Both the position numbers and the translations under genes were made by a program. The notes under the pieces were generated by a model. It was not told the DNA's origin. It searched no databases and saw nothing but the letters and a program-made list of their open reading frames with translations. From Lama glama (taxonomy: Eukaryota), in the NCBI GenBank assembly GCA_028534125.1, contig CM052817.1, positions 35,714,001 to 35,778,000 on the forward strand: a DNA stretch of 64,000 bases. The letters are read 5' to 3'. Below, one piece after another: positions 13,400 to 27,319 of the stretch (position 1 is the first letter of the stretch; each line of letters opens with the position of its first letter).

Positions 13400-14050
13400 T
13401 TAATTCACTATTCACTAAATAATTATTGAATATTCACCACATGCCAAGCATAGTTGTAGGTGCTGAAAATTAAGCAATGATTAACACAGAGGAAGATTCT
13501 TCTTCCATTCAATTAGGGTGGAGGGAAGGGAGACAGATAAGTAAAAACAAAGAAGAGGAGAAAGATTAATTAATGGATTGGCTGATTTCAGAGGGTGACC
13601 AATGCTATAGAGTAAGTTTTAACTGGAGTAAGTTGATGTGCTAAAGGTGGCAGGTGGCGAGCGTGCACACATTAGGCAGGGAAACCAGGGAGAACTTCTC
13701 GAGGTGGTAAAGCAGAGGCTGAGGTCTCAACGATGAGACGCAGTCAAGGATGGGAAGACACGGGACATGTTTTCCCTGCTGAGAGTGAGTAACCACAAAG
13801 GCTCCCAGATAGAGACAACCTTGGCAAGCTCAAGGATCAGAACTTACGCCAGCATAACCAAAGGCTAGCAAGCCAGGAGGAATGAGGGAGCAGGGGATGA
13901 GAGCAGACAGGAAGGGCATACAGCCATGGAAATATCCTATTCCCAGCTCATTGGCAAGCCACTGAATGTTTTAAAGCCTGAAAGTAACACAGTCTGACAT
14001 TTTTAAGAAGATCATATTTGTTATTTGGCTTTTCTTGTTGGTGGTGTATC
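13400..14050 (-). mobile_element. L2 LINE fragment
   Basis: ttcactaaataattattgaatattcaccacatgccaagca...ggtgctg followed by purine-rich L2-like body. Confidence 0.7.
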
Positions 14051-14129
14051 TTTCCCCAGAAAATATGTTTAGCTCTAGAGACATAAAGAGAGGAGAAAAG
14101 AGCTGAGAAAGAACACTTAGGAGAATTCC

Positions 14130-14312
14130 TCATTAGTTTAGAATTCTTAAGGATTACCAAGAGCACTCGTTTAAAATACAGATCCTTAGAACTTACTCCT
14201 GAGAGATACTGATTCAGGGAGTCTTGAATGGAACAAAGAGTTCGTATTCAACAACGACCCCAGATGATTCAGATGTAAGTGGCCTACAGATCACTGTTTC
14301 AGTAATCATTCC
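14130..14312. mobile_element. MER5-like hAT-Charlie relic
   Basis: tttaaaatacagatcc..., ctgattcag, aacaacgaccccagatgattcagatgt. Confidence 0.6.
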
Positions 14313-14332
14313 AGGTTGAAAATAAAAGAGTT

Positions 14333-14563
14333 GGGATTAACAAATACACATTACTATATATAAAGTAGATGAACAACAAGGACCTACTATATAGCACAGG
14401 GAATTATATTCAACTCCTTGTAATGACCCATAATGGAAAAGAAGCTGAAAAAATATATTTGTATGTATATGTATAACTGAATTGCTTTGCTGTACATCTG
14501 AAACTAACATTGCAAATCAACTACATTTCAATTAGAAAAAATAAGAATTAAAAACAAAGAAAG
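14333..14563 (+). mobile_element. 5'-truncated L1 3' end with TSD
   Basis: aacaacaaggacctactatatagcacagggaattatattcaa...ctttgctgtacatctgaaactaac; flanked by aaaagagtt (14324-14332, 14564-14572). Confidence 0.88.
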
Positions 14564-16659
14564 AAAAGAGTTAAGAGTTTTTTAGGATTACCAACCCAGC
14601 TCACCATTGAAGGCAAACAGCAGGAAACTGGTGAAGGTACTTGATCCAGAAAACTGGACCCTTGACTAGAACTGGATCTCTGATGGACGTTGAGACAGAA
14701 ACAGAGACAGAGAAACAGCATGTGTGCTCAGGAAGGATATATGTTTGATGGCAGTTGGGTTCAGCCTGACCTGATGCATGAAGCAGGCATCCCACTAAAG
14801 CAACATACAACACATTTCCCCCCTTCTCATCCATTCCACTCCAGCCTTCAATCCTTGCTTGGGTTCTCTTCACAATTCTGATAACAGCGGTCATAACTCT
14901 TAAGCTCTTCTTTCTCCTTGAGACACTGCAAGTCTCACGTCTCATGGTTTCAGGTCTTTGAGTCTGGCTCTTGCACCTCTCTTTCAGCAACACACAGAAT
15001 AAGCTACTTCCCACTTGGTCCTTCTTGGCAATACTCCAGCTGACTTTTCTGACCATTTTATGATTGAAGGGAGACACAACAGAAAGCCATTTTGCACATG
15101 CAGTCAAGGATCACTTTCCTTTCTAACTGTACCCATTTCATTTTACAACTGTGATGGCAGAAATTCAAGCCTGGCTTTCTGCCTCCAAGAAAATAGAGAG
15201 GGCTGAGCACGGGGTTCACTGCAGAATTCCACACACTTTCACAAGATGTGGTCTAAAAAGATGTTGCCCTGAGCATATGGCTTCAGGAGGGGTTGGCAAG
15301 TTTCCTGTGTGACAACTAGATCTGGATACCACAGGCAGATGGCCAGGCTGAACTGTGGCATATTGTTCATACCTGTAGGACAGGCTGGACAGCAGCATAT
15401 CTTAATTGCCAATCAGGTTAAGGGTCCAAGCTGCCCGCTATCAAACTTAAAATTGAACCAGTGCAAACAGAGGAAACCTGCTGCCCACAGCCAGGGAAGC
15501 ACGGGCCTGAGAAGTGGGGTGAGGTGGGGCTCAGAGAAGCTACCATCCCATGGTATCCACTGGAGACCTGGACCAAGGCCAGACAGAAGACAGCCCAGCT
15601 CCCCTGGAAAGAAGGAACTACTCACACCCCTCACTTCCCTCCATCACCCCAGACCTTGGTTGCTGCATCATGGAAAAGGAGCTGTAATACCAAGGGCTGG
15701 GAGTCTGGAATTCCTATACTTGAGAAATAAGTTCAGACTGCTGATTCAACGGTGATGCTGAGACAGATTCCTAGACCCATTTCTACCCATTCTTTCTAAC
15801 CTGGGTGTTTCACCCTTCCATAAACACAGGAGTTTCCTTTATGTCCAAGGACCATCAAAGATGCGCCTTGTCCCAAATAAGAGGACAAAGGATGAATGGG
15901 ATAGAGCTAGATTATCATTGCTATTAAAATGACTTCAGTTATTAGTATTATTACTCCTCCTGCTACTACAAAAGTCATACATGTTTCTAATAGGGATTAT
16001 AATAAGGTTATCTGCATATTTATTTGGGTGTCACCATCTGAAAGCTGCTTTCTCTTAAAAACATGAAGGTCATTGCAGCATTTTGCTGACCGAAATCGAG
16101 GAAATTTTTCTTCATAATTCTGAGGAGAGAGAAACATTTTTCCTTCCAACCAGGTATTTAGTGGTGATACTGAGAAGGTACTATTTGAAATGTCCATTGC
16201 CTCAGCCTCTTCCCCTCACCATTACTGGTACATCACCTCTGAAATGGTCACACTGGCTCAGATTTCTCCCCTCCCAACCATCCCCTAGACTGCCCACAGG
16301 ATGCTATTTTTAAAATTAAATGTAATCCTATAATTATTCTGCTTAAAATAGTTTCATTCTCATCAGGAATAAAATCGAAAGCTCCTTGTCTATGCCCAGG
16401 CTCTTAGAAAGCCTTCACTCACACTATTTTTGAGCCACACAAAACTACTGACATTTTCAAGTTCAACGCCTGTCACCTTTGCATATGCTATGTGTTCAAC
16501 CTGGGATACCTCCTTTCCTTCAGTGCATGGGAAACACCTGCCCTTCCTTCAAGCCTGTTTAACCATCAGCTATCCCCAGAAGCTGTCTATGAATTTCTCC
16601 ACTCAGGTAAATTTAATCATTGAAAGCACAGCCCTTGGTTCCTCCTCTAATGTATAGAC

Positions 16660-16905
16660 TGTCTGTGCACAGTAGTTAGAAAGTGAGCTGGGAAGCCAAT
16701 CCTCCTGCCATGGAATTCCTAGTCACTCCTTGATTTGTCAGTCGTGTGACATTGGGCAAGTTACCTGACTGCACAGTGTTCCAGTTTCCTCACTTATAAA
16801 ATAAAAAGAATACAATACCTACTGCAGAAGAGAACTGGGAAGGTTAAGTGAGCTAATACATGGGAAGTGTCTGAAAACGAATACGTTCAATAAATGACAG
16901 CTATT
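16660..16905 (+). mobile_element. MIR SINE
   Basis: tgtgacattgggcaagttacctgac...cagtttcctcacttataaaat...ttcaataaatgacagctatt. Confidence 0.8.
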
Positions 16906-16914
16906 AATTACTGT

Positions 16915-17321
16915 CACTAAGAAAACTTTATACTGAGGCATAACCCACATAAAGTATACAGTTCATAAGTGTACAATTCGATGAGGCTTCTCATAGTGAG
17001 ACACACCTGCATATCCGCCCAGATCAAAAGTAGGGAACAGAACCTCCCCAGCACTCTAAAAATTTCCTCCTCTGTGGCCCCTCCCATTATCCATCCCCAC
17101 CAAGGGAACCACAACTCTGACTTTGATCAGCATAGGTTGGTTTTGCTTAATTTTAACTCTGTACAAATAGTATGATACAACATGTAATTTTGTGTCTGGT
17201 TTCATTCACTCAACATTGTGCTTGTGTAATCCTTGATGCATACCATGTGGCAATAATTCACTTGTTTTCATTACTGTAGAGTAATGTATAATCTTCTGTT
17301 ATCTAATTATTCATTCTACTG
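16915..17321 (-). mobile_element. Old L1 (L1MB/ME-like) 3' end; host of the next insertion, resumes ~18629-18870
   Basis: cataagtgtacaattcgatg, ccagatcaaaag..agaac, cattcactcaacatt; continues ttgatggacaatt after the insert. Confidence 0.7.
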
Positions 17322-18616
17322 GATTTTTAAAATTGTGGTTTAAAAATATCTAACATGAAATCTATCCTCTTTGCCAATTTTTACGTATATGATACATTAT
17401 TGTTAACCAAAGCACAATGTTGTGCAGCCAATTTCTAAAAATTTTTCACCTTGCATAACTAAAATTTTGTACACATTGAAAAACAATTACGCACTTCCTC
17501 CAAACTGCAATTCATGGCAACCACCATTTACTTCCTGTTTGTATGAGTTTGATTACTTTAGATAACTCATATAAGTGCAATCATGCAGTATCTGTCCTTT
17601 TGTAAATGACTTACTTCACTTTACATAACTTGCATCTTCAAGATTCATCCATGTTGTTGCATGTGACAGGAATTCTTTATTTTTTAAGTCTGAATAATAT
17701 TCCACTGTGTGTATTTAAATTTTCTTTATCCACTCATCCATTGATGGGTATTTAGTTTGCTTCCACATCTTGGCTATTACAAATATTGTTATAGTAAACA
17801 TAAGAGTGCATATCTCTTCAAGATCCTGATTTTGATTCTTTTGGGTGAATACCTAGAACTAGAATTTCTGGACTATGTGATACTTCTATTTTTAACTTTT
17901 TGAGGTACCCCCATACTGTTTTCCATAGCAGCTGCACTATTTCACCTTCTCACAAATACTGCACAAAGGTGCCAATTTCTCCATATCATCACCAACACTT
18001 GTAATTTTTAGTTTGTTTTTGATGATTGCCATTCTAATAGGTGTGAGGGGATATGTCATTGTGGTTTTGATTTACATTTCCTGATGATTAGTGATATTGA
18101 GCACCCTTTTCATTTACCTATTGGCCATTTGTATGTCTTCTGTGGAAACATGTCTATTAGAATCCTTTGCCCATTTTTTAATTGGGTTATTTTTTTACTA
18201 TTGAGTTGTAGGAGTTCCTTATATATTACAGATATTAAACCCTTATCAGATGTGTGGTTTACAAATATTTTCTCCTATTCAGAAGGTTGCCTTTTCATTT
18301 TGTTGATTGTTTTCTTTACTTTGTGGAAGATTTTTAGTTTGATATAGTTCACTTATCTATTTTTGCTTTTGTGGCCTTTACTTTTGAAGTCATATTCAAG
18401 AAATAATTACCAAGACCAATGTCATGAAGATTTTTCTCTATAGTTTCTCTTAGTAATTTTATTATTTCAGGTCTTACATTTAAGTCTTTGGTCCATTTTG
18501 AGCTGATTTTTGTGCATGGTGTGAGGTAGGGCTCCAATTTCATTCTTTTGCATGTGTGTATCTAGTTTTCCCAATACCATATTTTGAAGAGACTCTCGTT
18601 TACCCATGGTATAGTC
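17322..18616 (-). mobile_element. L1 (L1MA9/L1MB-like), 3' ~1.3 kb, decayed ORF2 C-terminus
   Basis: ORF 18349-18543 reads KLEPYLTPCTKISSKWTKDLNVRPE..., an L1 ORF2 segment; flanked by ttcattctactg / ttcattctgctg. Confidence 0.9.
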
Positions 18617-20450
18617 TTCATTCTGCTGTTGATGGACAATTGACTCATTTCTAGTTATTACTTTGGGGTTTTTTGTTGCTGCTGCTATTGTTTTTGGCTA
18701 TTAAAAGGGGGCTTCTATTAACATGTTTATTCCAGTCTTTTGTAAAGATGTACACATTTCTCATGTCTAGGAGAAGGATTGCATAGCCTTTGGGTATTGT
18801 ATGATCCTTTAGTACCTGCCAGGTTTCCAAACTGGTAGTATCATATCTTCACCAAACTTGGTTTTCTCAGTTTTTTTGTTTGTTTGTTTGTTTAACTTTA
18901 GAGTTCAACTCAGAGTTGAATAATACAATAACTAAAATGAAAAATACACTAGAAGGACTTAATAGCAGATTAGGTGATAAGAAGAATGCATAATTAAACC
19001 AGAAGATAGAATAGTGGAAATCACCTAATCAGAACAGCAAAAAGAAACAAGAATTTTTTAAAAATTAGAATAGATTAGGAACCTATTAGACAATGACAAG
19101 TATATTAATATTCACACTATAGGGATCCCAGAAGGAGAAGAGAGAGAGAAAATAGCAGAAAATTTATTTGATAAAACAATGGCAGAAAATTTGCCCAACC
19201 TAGGGAAGGAAACAGATATCCAGGTTCAGGAATCACAGAGAATTCCAAACAATAGAAATAGATAGAAAATAGAAATTGAATCAATAATCTGAAAAATCCC
19301 AACAAGTAAAACTCCAGGGTCAGATGGCTTCATGATTGAAATCTATCAAATATTTAAAGAATTTTAATACCTATCCTGCTCAAACTATTCTAAAAAGTTG
19401 AAGAGAAAGGAACATGTTCAACTCATTCTACAAGACCAACATCACCCTAATACCAAAACCAGATAAAGATACCACAAAATAGGATGTTATAGGTCAATAT
19501 CCATGATGGACATAGACACAAAAATTTTCAACAAAATATTAGCAAACCTAATTAAACAATACATTAAAAAGACCATAAATCATGATTAAGTAGGATTTAT
19601 TCCAGGGATGCAAAATCATTTCAATGTTTGCAAAGCAGTCAATGTGATACATCACATTAATAAAAGGATAAAAATCACATGATAACCTTTAATAGAAGTA
19701 GAAAAAGCATTTGACAGAATTCAACATCTATCCATGATAAAAAAGTCTCAAAAAGTGGCATAGAGCTATAGTGGTATAAGCTATTTATGACAAACCCATA
19801 GCTAACAAAAGATGAAAGCTTTTTCTCTAAGATCAGAAACAAGACAAGGATACCCACTCTTGTCCCTCTCATTTATCATAGTATTGTTAGTCCTAGCCAC
19901 AGCAATCAGACAAAATTGGAAAGGAAGAGGTAAAACTGTCCCTTTTTACAAATGACATGATACTATATATAGAAAACCCTAAAGACTCTATTAGAAAAAA
20001 TTAAAAATTTAAAAGCCTATCAGAACTAATAAATAAGCTGCAGGATACAAAAATAATATACAGAAATCTGTTACATCTATACACTAATAATAAACTATCA
20101 GAAGAAAAAAAATCCCACTTACAATCACACCAAAAATAATAAAATACCTAGAAATAAAACTAATCAAGGAAGTAAAAAAGAAATGCACTCTTAAAACTAT
20201 AAGACATTGATGGAAGAAGCTGTAAACAACACAAATAAATGGAAAGATATACCATGCTCATGGATTAGGAGAATTAATATTGTTAAAATTTACCCACTAT
20301 TCAAAGGAATCTGCAGATTTAATACAATCCCTATCTAAACACCCATGGAATTTTTTCACAGAATGAGAACAAATAATTCTAAAATTTGTACAGAACCACA
20401 AAGATCCTGAACAGTCAAAGCAATCCTGAGAAAGAACAAAGCAGGAGGTA

Positions 20451-21051
20451 AAAAGCTAAAGCGCTGAACGTTCTTAGAAACAATGAACAGTACATATATG
20501 TAAATTAAAAATATATGTGCAGTGAAAAAAAATGAGCTATCAAGCCATGAAAGACATGGAAGAAACTTAAAAGATATATTACTAAATGAAAGAAGTCAGT
20601 CTGAAAAGGCTACAAATTGTACAATTCCAACCAAATGACATTCTGGAAAAGACACAGCTACAGAAAGAATAAAAAGATCATGGTTTCCAGGGGTTTGGGG
20701 AGAGGGAGGGAGGGAGGGAAGAATGAGTAGATGGAGCACAAGGGATTTTTAGGGCAATGAAATTATTCTGTATGATACTATAGTGGTGGCTACATGTCAT
20801 TATTTATTTGTCAAAGCCCATAGAATGTACAACATCAAGAGTGAACCCTAATGTAAACTATGGACTTTGGTTAATAAAATGTTCCCATGTTGGTTCATCA
20901 ATTGTACCAAATATGCCACACTGATGAGGGATGTTGAGAGTAGGGGAGTATAAATGTGTGGGTGGGGAGGGTGGGAACTCTATTTTCTGCTCATTTCTGC
21001 TGTAAACCTGAAACTGCTCTAAAAAAAATTAAGTCTATTAAAAAAACAAAA
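20451..21051 (+). mobile_element. L1MC1/2-like 3'UTR fragment nested in the L1 ORF2
   Basis: aatgagctatcaagccatgaaagacatgg, agagtgaaccctaatgtaaactatggactttgg, tgtaaacctgaaactgctctaaaa; 13-bp TSD aaagcaggaggta (20438-20450, 21052-21064). Confidence 0.85.
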
Positions 21052-22091
21052 AAAGCAGGAGGTATCATTCTCCCTGACTTCAAACTATACTACAAAGCTA
21101 TAGCAATCAAAACAATATGTTACTGCCACAAAAAGAGACATACAGATCAATGGAAAATAGAGAGCTCAGAAATAAACTTGTGCACATATTGTCACTTAAT
21201 CTAAGACAAAGGAGGCAAGAATATACAATAGAAAAAATAAAGTCTCTTCAATAAGTGGTATTGGGAACACTGGACAGCCACATGTAAAAGAATGAAACTG
21301 GAATGAAATTCAAAATAGATTAATAATTCAAATGTAACACCTGAAACCATAAAACTCTGAGAAGAAAACATTGGCAGTAAGCTTTTAGACATTGATCTTG
21401 GCAATATTTTTTTGGATCTGTCTCTTCAGGCAAGGACAACAAAAGCAAAAATAGACAATTGGGAATACATTGAACTAAAAAGCTTTTGCATAGTGAAGGA
21501 AATCATCAACAAAACAAAAAGGCAAATTACTGAAAGAGCAAAGATACTTGTAGATTTCATGTCTGATAAAGGTTTAATATCCAAAATATGTTAAAAAAAT
21601 ACAACTCAATATAAAAAAATCTAAGCAAAAAGTGGGCAGAGGTCCTGTACAGGCATCTTCCAAAGAAGACAAACAGATGAACCAACAGGCACATGAAAAG
21701 ATGCTAAACATCACTGTAATTCAGGGAAATGCAAATCAAAACCACAATGAGATATTGCCTCATTGAGATACCACCTGTCAGAATGGCTATTATCAAAAAG
21801 ACAAGAAATAACAAGTGCTGGTGAAGATGTAGAGAAAAACTGTCATGCACTGTTGGTGGGAATCTAAACTGGTACAGAGACTATTGAAAACAGTATGGAG
21901 GTTCTTCAAAAAATTAAAAATAGAACTACCATGTAATCCAGCAATTCCAATACTGGGTATATATTTAAAAAATGAAAACACTAATTCAAAAAGATATAGG
22001 CACCTCTGTTGATTGCAGCATTAGTTATATTAGTTGAGATATGGAACCAACCTAAGTGCCCATCAATAGATGAATGACAAAGAAGATGTGT

Positions 22092-22098
22092 ACACACA

Positions 22099-22140
<42 letters not shown>
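22092..22140. repeat. (CA)n microsatellite, ~24 units, one interruption
   Basis: Direct reading. Confidence 0.97.
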
Positions 22141-22142
<2 letters not shown>

Positions 22143-23334
22143 TAGGAATAGTACTCAGCCATAAAAAAGAATGAAATCTTGCCATTTTCAACAACATGGG
22201 TTGGCCTAGAGGGTATTATGCTAAATGAAATACATCAGACAGAGAAAGACATACCCTGTATGTTTTCACTTATGAGTGAAATCTAAAAAACAAACAAGTA
22301 AACAAACATAACAAAACAGAAACAGATTCACAAATACAGAGAATAGTGGTTGCCAGAGGAGAGGAGGGTGTGGGGTTGGGCAAAATGGGTGAAGCGGACT
22401 AAGAGGTACAAACTACCAATTGTAAAATCAGTGTCACAGGGATGTAATGCACAGCATCACGTGGTCAGTAATATTGTAATAACTTTGTATGGTATGTAAT
22501 CTATAAAAATATCAATCATTGTTGCACACCTGAAGCTAATATATTGTAAGTCAAATTATACTTCAATAAAATATAAAATAAAATTCAGAAGATGGTCTTT
22601 AAATTTTACAAAAAGAAGAAATGAAACCATTAGATACAGTGTTGTCAGGGGGATATAAAGGCAAGGTGGCAATTGCTAAGAAAGGAGTAAATGGATCCCA
22701 TAAAGCAAATTTTTCTTCCACGTGATTTCACTTAGGATCAACTTGAAACCTGAAAACACATATGACACATTGTACGATGCTAAGTTTCAGTGTTAGCCAG
22801 GGTAACAAATTTGTTCTGTATTCCTATTCTGAATTCAGAGCCAAACTTCTTTGTCACTATCTTAAGCATGATCCATTTAATTTATTATGGGAACGAGAGG
22901 AACAGTTTTTCTAAGGAATTTGTGATGAGAATAAAGAAGAAGCTTAGAGTCAAAGCAACAAATTACTGAGAGAGATGAAATGAGCTTTTTCCACAAGGAC
23001 AGCTCGAATTTTTTTTTTAATAGAATCAATGAATTGGCAGAATTTACTGGCAGAGAAGAGTTAATTAGAATTGACTACACATCACACTGAGCTATACTTT
23101 CATAATGGATGTCACACTTGCAGATGGAACCTGTATCCTAGATTATTTTATTAAGTTGAGGTTATCCTTCTGATGGGAAGAAGGCACTAAAGATTCAGGA
23201 AGATGCCCTCCACAGTTGACAAGCCTCTGGTGGTGTTGGAAACCTCTCCTTTACAGAAAAATGCTCTTTTCCAGTCAGATGCTTTTCTTTCAGAGAATTA
23301 AGTTTTAGGGAGTAACGAGTGGGCCACCAAGGGC

Positions 23335-23570
23335 AATGAGTGGGAAGAGCATGTCTTTTGGAAGCAAAATGTCAATTTGAATCATAGCTCACCCCTTAAT
23401 ACACTAAATAGTTTGGGCAAGTAACTTGAAATTTTGCAAACCTCAGTTTACCCATTAGTAAAATGGAAATAAAACTATCTATATAAGAGACTATTGTAAA
23501 GGTTAAGCACTATATATAAATTTCATGGCCTGGGACCTGGTACCCTTAAAGGAAATTCAAAGTGTTGATT
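23335..23570 (+). mobile_element. MIR SINE
   Basis: ttgggcaagtaacttgaa...cctcagtttacccattagtaaaatggaaata. Confidence 0.75.
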
Positions 23571-23994
23571 CTCCTTTACTGATATATATATAATAGCATT
23601 CTAAAATACGTTATTACTTTAATATTTGTACTTTAAAAAATATTTTTTCATGATTTTCTCCTTATTGGCCAGAAGTGTTCATTGCTTCCAAGAAATTTAG
23701 TATCTTTATAGCTGAGATGCAACATAGACAAACATTTATGTTCATTTCTTGACTTCCAAAATAGGCATTAGAAGTGCATCTCTGAAGCAATAGTCCTGAA
23801 ACCCAGGATTTTCCTTGTAATCCTGGGCCTTTGTGATTTAAAAAAGAAAAAAAAAAAAGGTGCTCTAAATCCAAAAGCTTATCTTTAAATATCAAGGAAC
23901 CAAACTTGACTGCCAGAGCATGTTTTTACTATACTCCACAGACCCAGAAAGGTGCAGGATACAGCACAAGTGCCTACCCTACATATAGCGAGGC

Positions 23995-24205
23995 GATTAT
24001 AACAGCTGACACAGCTGCATTTTGTATTCCAAGTCCTTTAGATACGTTAACTCACTCATCCTCATTACAACATTTATAGAGATAAGGAAATTGATGCTCA
24101 GAGATGTTAAGTAACTTATCCAAGCTTACAAGGCTTGTAATTGATGGCCCTGATATTTGATCCTGTGTAATTTGGCTCTGGTCTGTGCTCTTAACTATTG
24201 CACCG
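23995..24205 (-). mobile_element. MIR SINE
   Basis: tttatagagataaggaaattgatgctcagagatgttaagtaacttatccaag. Confidence 0.75.
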
Positions 24206-26313
24206 TGGTGCTGTAAAAGCAGGTCCTGGGCTTGGGAGGAGGTGCTTGGAGAGTATCGGTAAGAAAGATCTGAAACCCAAACACTTGGAGGGAGCAGATA
24301 AACAAAAGCTCCAGTCAGATTTTGAAATTCTAAAGCAAAGGAAGTTATGTAAAAATGGCCTCACAGAGGGTCCCCACTCCCATCCCCACCCCTGCCACAC
24401 ACACACCAGTCCTGGAGCAGTAGACACACTGGCGTGGAGCATTTGTTCAGAAGCAGGACTTGCAGCAGCAGGCCCTCTGCTTCGCTTGTCCTGCATGCCC
24501 CTGCACGCCAGTGGGGTGCCCTGAGTGTCACTGGGGCATTAAGTGCTCCTGGAGTTCAGAAACGGGGTGAGGTGTGCTGAAGTGGACTTGTTCAGGGAAC
24601 GTGGGTCTGGCAGACCACTGAGGTCCGGACAAGGAGAGCACGGAGTTGCTGCACTGGGGCTGGAGTCCAGCCCCCCAGCACATCAGCCCTGCTCTCAGCT
24701 CAAGGAGTAGAAGGAGAATTATTTGTTTATACTGCTGTAAGGCATTTCTCATAGAGTTTGGGCTGCACAACCTTTGATCATTTACTCAAATGGTAATTAT
24801 TTGTAATGCTTTCTATAGAGAGAATAGAAAGTTGGATAATTCAGGTTTTCCTCAAGGATCATTGATTGACATTTACTTTTTTTTTTATAACTGATCGTTA
24901 GAAAACATAAATGATGTGGCTTCACAATAGATGTACCAGCTGTCTGTGCCTGTGCCCTACAAACACAGGAATTGTAAGTTCTATTGCATCATTTTCATCA
25001 GAAAAATATATATAAGTATCACTTATAATTGCATATGCTGCATTGTTGAGTGTATACCTGGCCTAAAAAATCTCTACGTCAGGTTTCAGTGAGAACGAAA
25101 TTTCTGCTGACAATGTTAGCCCTCTGGTAACTGGAAGAATCATAGGCTTCTCCCCAAGCCTTTTCTCCTCCACTCCCCACATGCTGCTAGTGCCAGGCAT
25201 CCCAGGCACTATTTCCAGATACGCCCCCAGCCCTCCACAGTTGTGCACTGCTGTAGCGGGTGGCAGACGATTTCTAGGAGCCATTTCTACCCAAGGTTCA
25301 CCAGCCTACAACTTAACTATTCATGGAAGTGACTGTAAACCACATAAATAAATCCCACTAAATACAAACTGAATGTATCCCGATCTCAACTTCCCCTTCT
25401 CATATCCCCCCAAATTCCTACAGCTACTCCAAAGCGACTTCATATGAGGGAAATTTTGGTGGAGTTGGAAATCAAATGGCAAACAACAGTGGTCTTAATC
25501 AACTGCTACTAAAATATTTTACTTCTGTAAATGTTACAAAATCTATGACCATGTAGACCCATCACTGCTGCCCCTTCAAAGGTTCAGAAGAAAACTCCAA
25601 AGTTTAAGCTTTAATAACAGTACAGTAAATCCAGCTCTACGTATGAGATACTTCAGGCAAGACCAAGGAGGACAGGATGACAGAGCAGGGACCTGTGACC
25701 TTTCCCAGGAATTGAGATCTCATCCTGGGGGAAGGGAAGGGGGCAGAAACACTGACATACTCTGGAAAAGAGGAAGATTTAAACTAAAATGACTAAAAAA
25801 GTCTCGAATGAGCAACTTAAAGTTCTTCCCCAATTCTGACCAAAACTGAGGGTTTCACAGACCAGTTGAGTTCAGTTACAGAAAATAAAATTACATTTCT
25901 GCATTTCTAAGCGGTGATTTTCAATATAACCCCCACTCCATATGAAAAGAAAATGACTGAAACAGAGAGAAGTCAAGGAATTTAACCCTCTGTCCTAAAA
26001 AGATTGTGAGTTAATATGAAATAAAAAAAGGAACAGATAACAGCAAGGATAGTTTTAAATAACTTTCTGCGGTAACCTTGAAATCCCTACAGTTCTGGAG
26101 GATTTTGACAGAGACCTGGACCCAGAATGGGTTTCTCCTGTTTTGGTTTCAGTGTGACACTGGTGATTCTGCCAGGTTTGGAAACATCACCTGGTGACTG
26201 GCTGTGAAGCTTACCCCTGTGTTAACACTTCTCTCACCAGAAAGAGTGATAGAGGAAGCTGGAACAAGCTACTCCATCAAAAGATAATGGAAAGGAATAA
26301 ATTCAGTTGATCC

Positions 26314-26702
26314 TTGTTATGGACTAAATTGCATCCCCCAAATTCGTATGTTGAAGTCCTACCACCAGTGCCTTACAATGTGACTTTGGAGACAATACGC
26401 ATTTGGAGGTAGGGTCTTTAAAGAGGTAAATTAGGTTAAAATGAAGGCATATGGTGGGCCCTAATCCAATCTGACTGGTGTTCTTACAAAAAGAGGAGAT
26501 AGGGACACAGACAACATAGACAGAAGGAAGACCAGGAGGACACAGTGAGAAGGCTTCTGTCTGTGAATCAACCAGAAGAAACCAACACTTTAATACCTTG
26601 GTCTGGGACCTCCAGCCTCCAGAACTGTGAGCCAATAAACCTCTGTTGATCAAGACCCCAGTCTGTGGTATTTTGTTAAGGTGGCCTTAGCAAACTCATG
26701 CA
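26314..26702 (+). mobile_element. MaLR solo LTR, MLT1A/B-like
   Basis: tgttatggactaaattgcatccccc ... ccagcctccagaactgtgagccaataaac ... ccttagcaaactcatgca. Confidence 0.9.
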
Positions 26703-27319
26703 GCCCTAAACCGGGGTCTGGGTGGGGAAGAAGTTTCTCTTTCTTTATGCTCACAAATGACCGTGACATTCATGAAAGGTTTTCTAATAGCATCGCACCT
26801 CTAATACCATCTCTTCCACGTTTTTCCCCATATCTCCCCATCCCCTCTGGGCATCGAAGAGCCTTTTTTTTTTAAGGGGAAATACCCTAAAAATATGGGG
26901 CCTACACCCCTGAAGATGCCTGTTGGGGATCTTAAGCATACACTGTGGATCCTGGAGACTAGTGACAATTTCTGTGTACAAATTAGTCTTTCTCTGTGGT
27001 TTCTCTTCCTTTCTCTGGAAATGTAATGTTTCTCTGGGAATTTAATATTTCTACCTTTGAACTAAATTGCTGAGTCTATATATGAGATGGATTTTTTCTC
27101 TATCATTTTTATTAAAAAATTGTGTGTGTGTGTTTGTTATATAAAATATCAACACTTCGTTTTTGTGCCAGAGTTGTTAGCATTTGAAGGTAGGCAAATG
27201 TTTTATATATCAAAAAATGGAAAAAGGGTTAACTCATTTTTTTATATTTCGCAAGCTTTTATGCAACACAAAGTTCCCTTTTCTAGTAGACAGGCATCAT
27301 TTAAACAAGGGAAAGGCTC

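Larger units (their letters stand above)
18900..22585 (+). mobile_element. L1 (L1MA9-derived type): part ORF1, decayed ORF2 RT and C-terminus, 3'UTR
   Basis: ORF1-like 18900-19250; RT-region motifs (ggatttattccagggatgcaa, gaaaaagcatttgacagaattcaacatc, aatgacatgatactatatatagaaaaccctaaagactc); aataaa plus A tail ~22565. Many stops and frameshifts. Confidence 0.95.

Noticed and set aside
14601..15755. 168-aa (-) and 148-aa (+) ORFs in unique sequence
   Set aside because: No recognisable domain, overlapping ORFs on both strands, non-ATG starts and no coherent exon structure; chance ORFs.
18900..22100. Functional reverse transcriptase gene
   Set aside because: L1 ORF2 is fragmented by stops, frameshifts, deletions and an insertion.
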